Shown here piece by piece: positions 63,161 through 64,000 of a stretch of 64,000 bases of DNA. The DNA lies in contig NC_068996.1 of NCBI RefSeq assembly GCF_001194135.2, forward strand, positions 49,480,270-49,544,269, in the 5' to 3' direction. How positions within the stretch are numbered: position 1 is the stretch's first letter; the number at the start of each line of letters is the position of its first letter. The position numbers and the translations under genes were made by a program. The stretch is from Octopus bimaculoides (lineage: Eukaryota). The notes beneath the pieces were generated by a model, which worked only from the letters and a program-made list of their open reading frames with translations, was not told where the DNA came from and did not search any database.

Positions 63161-63744
63161 TATATTTACTTTACTCCTCTGATTATCTCCCTTTGAGATG
63201 TAAGTTATGGCAGCATTGCTGTTTCCAAAGTTTTATTTTCGTTTCTCTATTATTAATTTTACTTGTGTCTCTATCTTCGTAGAAACTGATGGATAAAGAA
63301 ATCAAACTACATAAACAAACGGCAGCAAAACCGTTCAGAAATTAAATAACACTAACATATTCAGTAACAATAATAAATTTAATTCATCCTCGACAATTTT
63401 TAGTTTTACCAATTTTGAATATATCGCTCCTGTTTAAAACCTCTTACCTACTTGACAATTGCATTTCTAGTTCTACCTTGAAGGAAGCTTTACTGCTTGG
63501 ACTCACGTTTTTGTGCGCAACAATGTTGTTAAACCTCCGTTAACAGCACCGTATGCAGGTCTTTTCTGTTTTCTTTAACACATGGGTAAAGAAATGGTTG
63601 CACACTCCTTAAAAAGCTAGACCTCCTGAACCAGGGCCTCATCACCAGACGCAGTCTAAAATCAAACACATGACAGATATATATATATATATATACCGGA
63701 GTAAGCACATGAAATGTGCAACAAGGTAGAGGTAGAGTAATATG

Positions 63745-63879
63745 CTTTATTTAAAAGCAGCAGAAATATAACAAAAAAACCGTTACTCTGAGTTTCACGT
63801 TCCCATTCATCGGACAGTTTTGTACGTGAAACTCAGAGTAACAGTTTTTTTGTTATATTTCTGCTGCTTTTAAATAAAG
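63745..63879. repeat. Fold-back element, 56-bp arms (63745-63800 / 63824-63879), 1 mismatch, 23-nt spacer
   Basis: ctttatttaaaagcagcagaaatataacaaaaaaac.gttactctgagtttcacgt on both strands; (TA)n flanks. Confidence 0.93.
63776..63821 (-). ncRNA. Variant minimal type I hammerhead ribozyme (U4C)
   Basis: AAAACUGU-CCGAUGA-AUG(GGAA)CGU-GAAA-CUC(A)GAG-UA^ACGGUUUU: 8-bp stem I, GNRA-capped stem II, stem III, GUA triplet; predicted cut between 63784 and 63783. Confidence 0.75.
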
Positions 63880-63887
63880 TATATATA

Positions 63888-64000
63888 TCATCATCATCAT
63901 CATCATCATCATCGTTTAACGTCCGCTTTCCATGCTAGCATGGGTTGGACGATTTGACTGAGGACTGGTGAAACCGGATGGCAACACCAGGCTCCAGTCT
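63888..64000 (-). mobile_element. RTE LINE 3' end, runs off the window
   Basis: (cat)n cgtttaacgtccgctttccatgctagcatgggttggacg. Confidence 0.88.

Overview
AT-rich, gap-ridden eukaryotic scaffold made mostly of interspersed repeats. The SINE families, (TA)n/(CA)n density and repeat mix point to a coleoid cephalopod, most likely Octopus (inferred from recalled repeat families, not from a search). No intact host ORF is present. The best host-gene evidence is one symmetric phase-1 coding exon (31989-32207, +) downstream of a CpG-rich, SINE-free promoter-like stretch. Recognisable mobile DNA: a decayed Penelope-like retroelement (RT + GIY-YIG, 1-2460, -), many 5'-truncated RTE LINE ends with a tandem-repeat 3'UTR and (GAT)n tail, four tRNA-derived SINE families, a Tc1 transposon with TIRs and TA TSD (61174-62349), piggyBac-, hAT- and Tigger-like MITEs, and Helentron-type HINEs. 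The most interesting signal is not visible in the ORF track. At least four unrelated short families carry minimal type I hammerhead ribozyme (HHR) motifs, three of them as fold-back (head-to-head inverted) elements: 6.1, 9.4-10.4, 16.5 and 63.8 kb, plus a decayed direct pair at 44 kb. One core is canonical (CUGAUGA). The others carry unusual cores: a compensatory G3-C8 swap, U4C in two families, and U4A. Three short (TTAGGG)n tracts sit at apparent breakpoints, one inside the Penelope RT. All coordinates and folds were read by eye; repeat boundaries are approximate.
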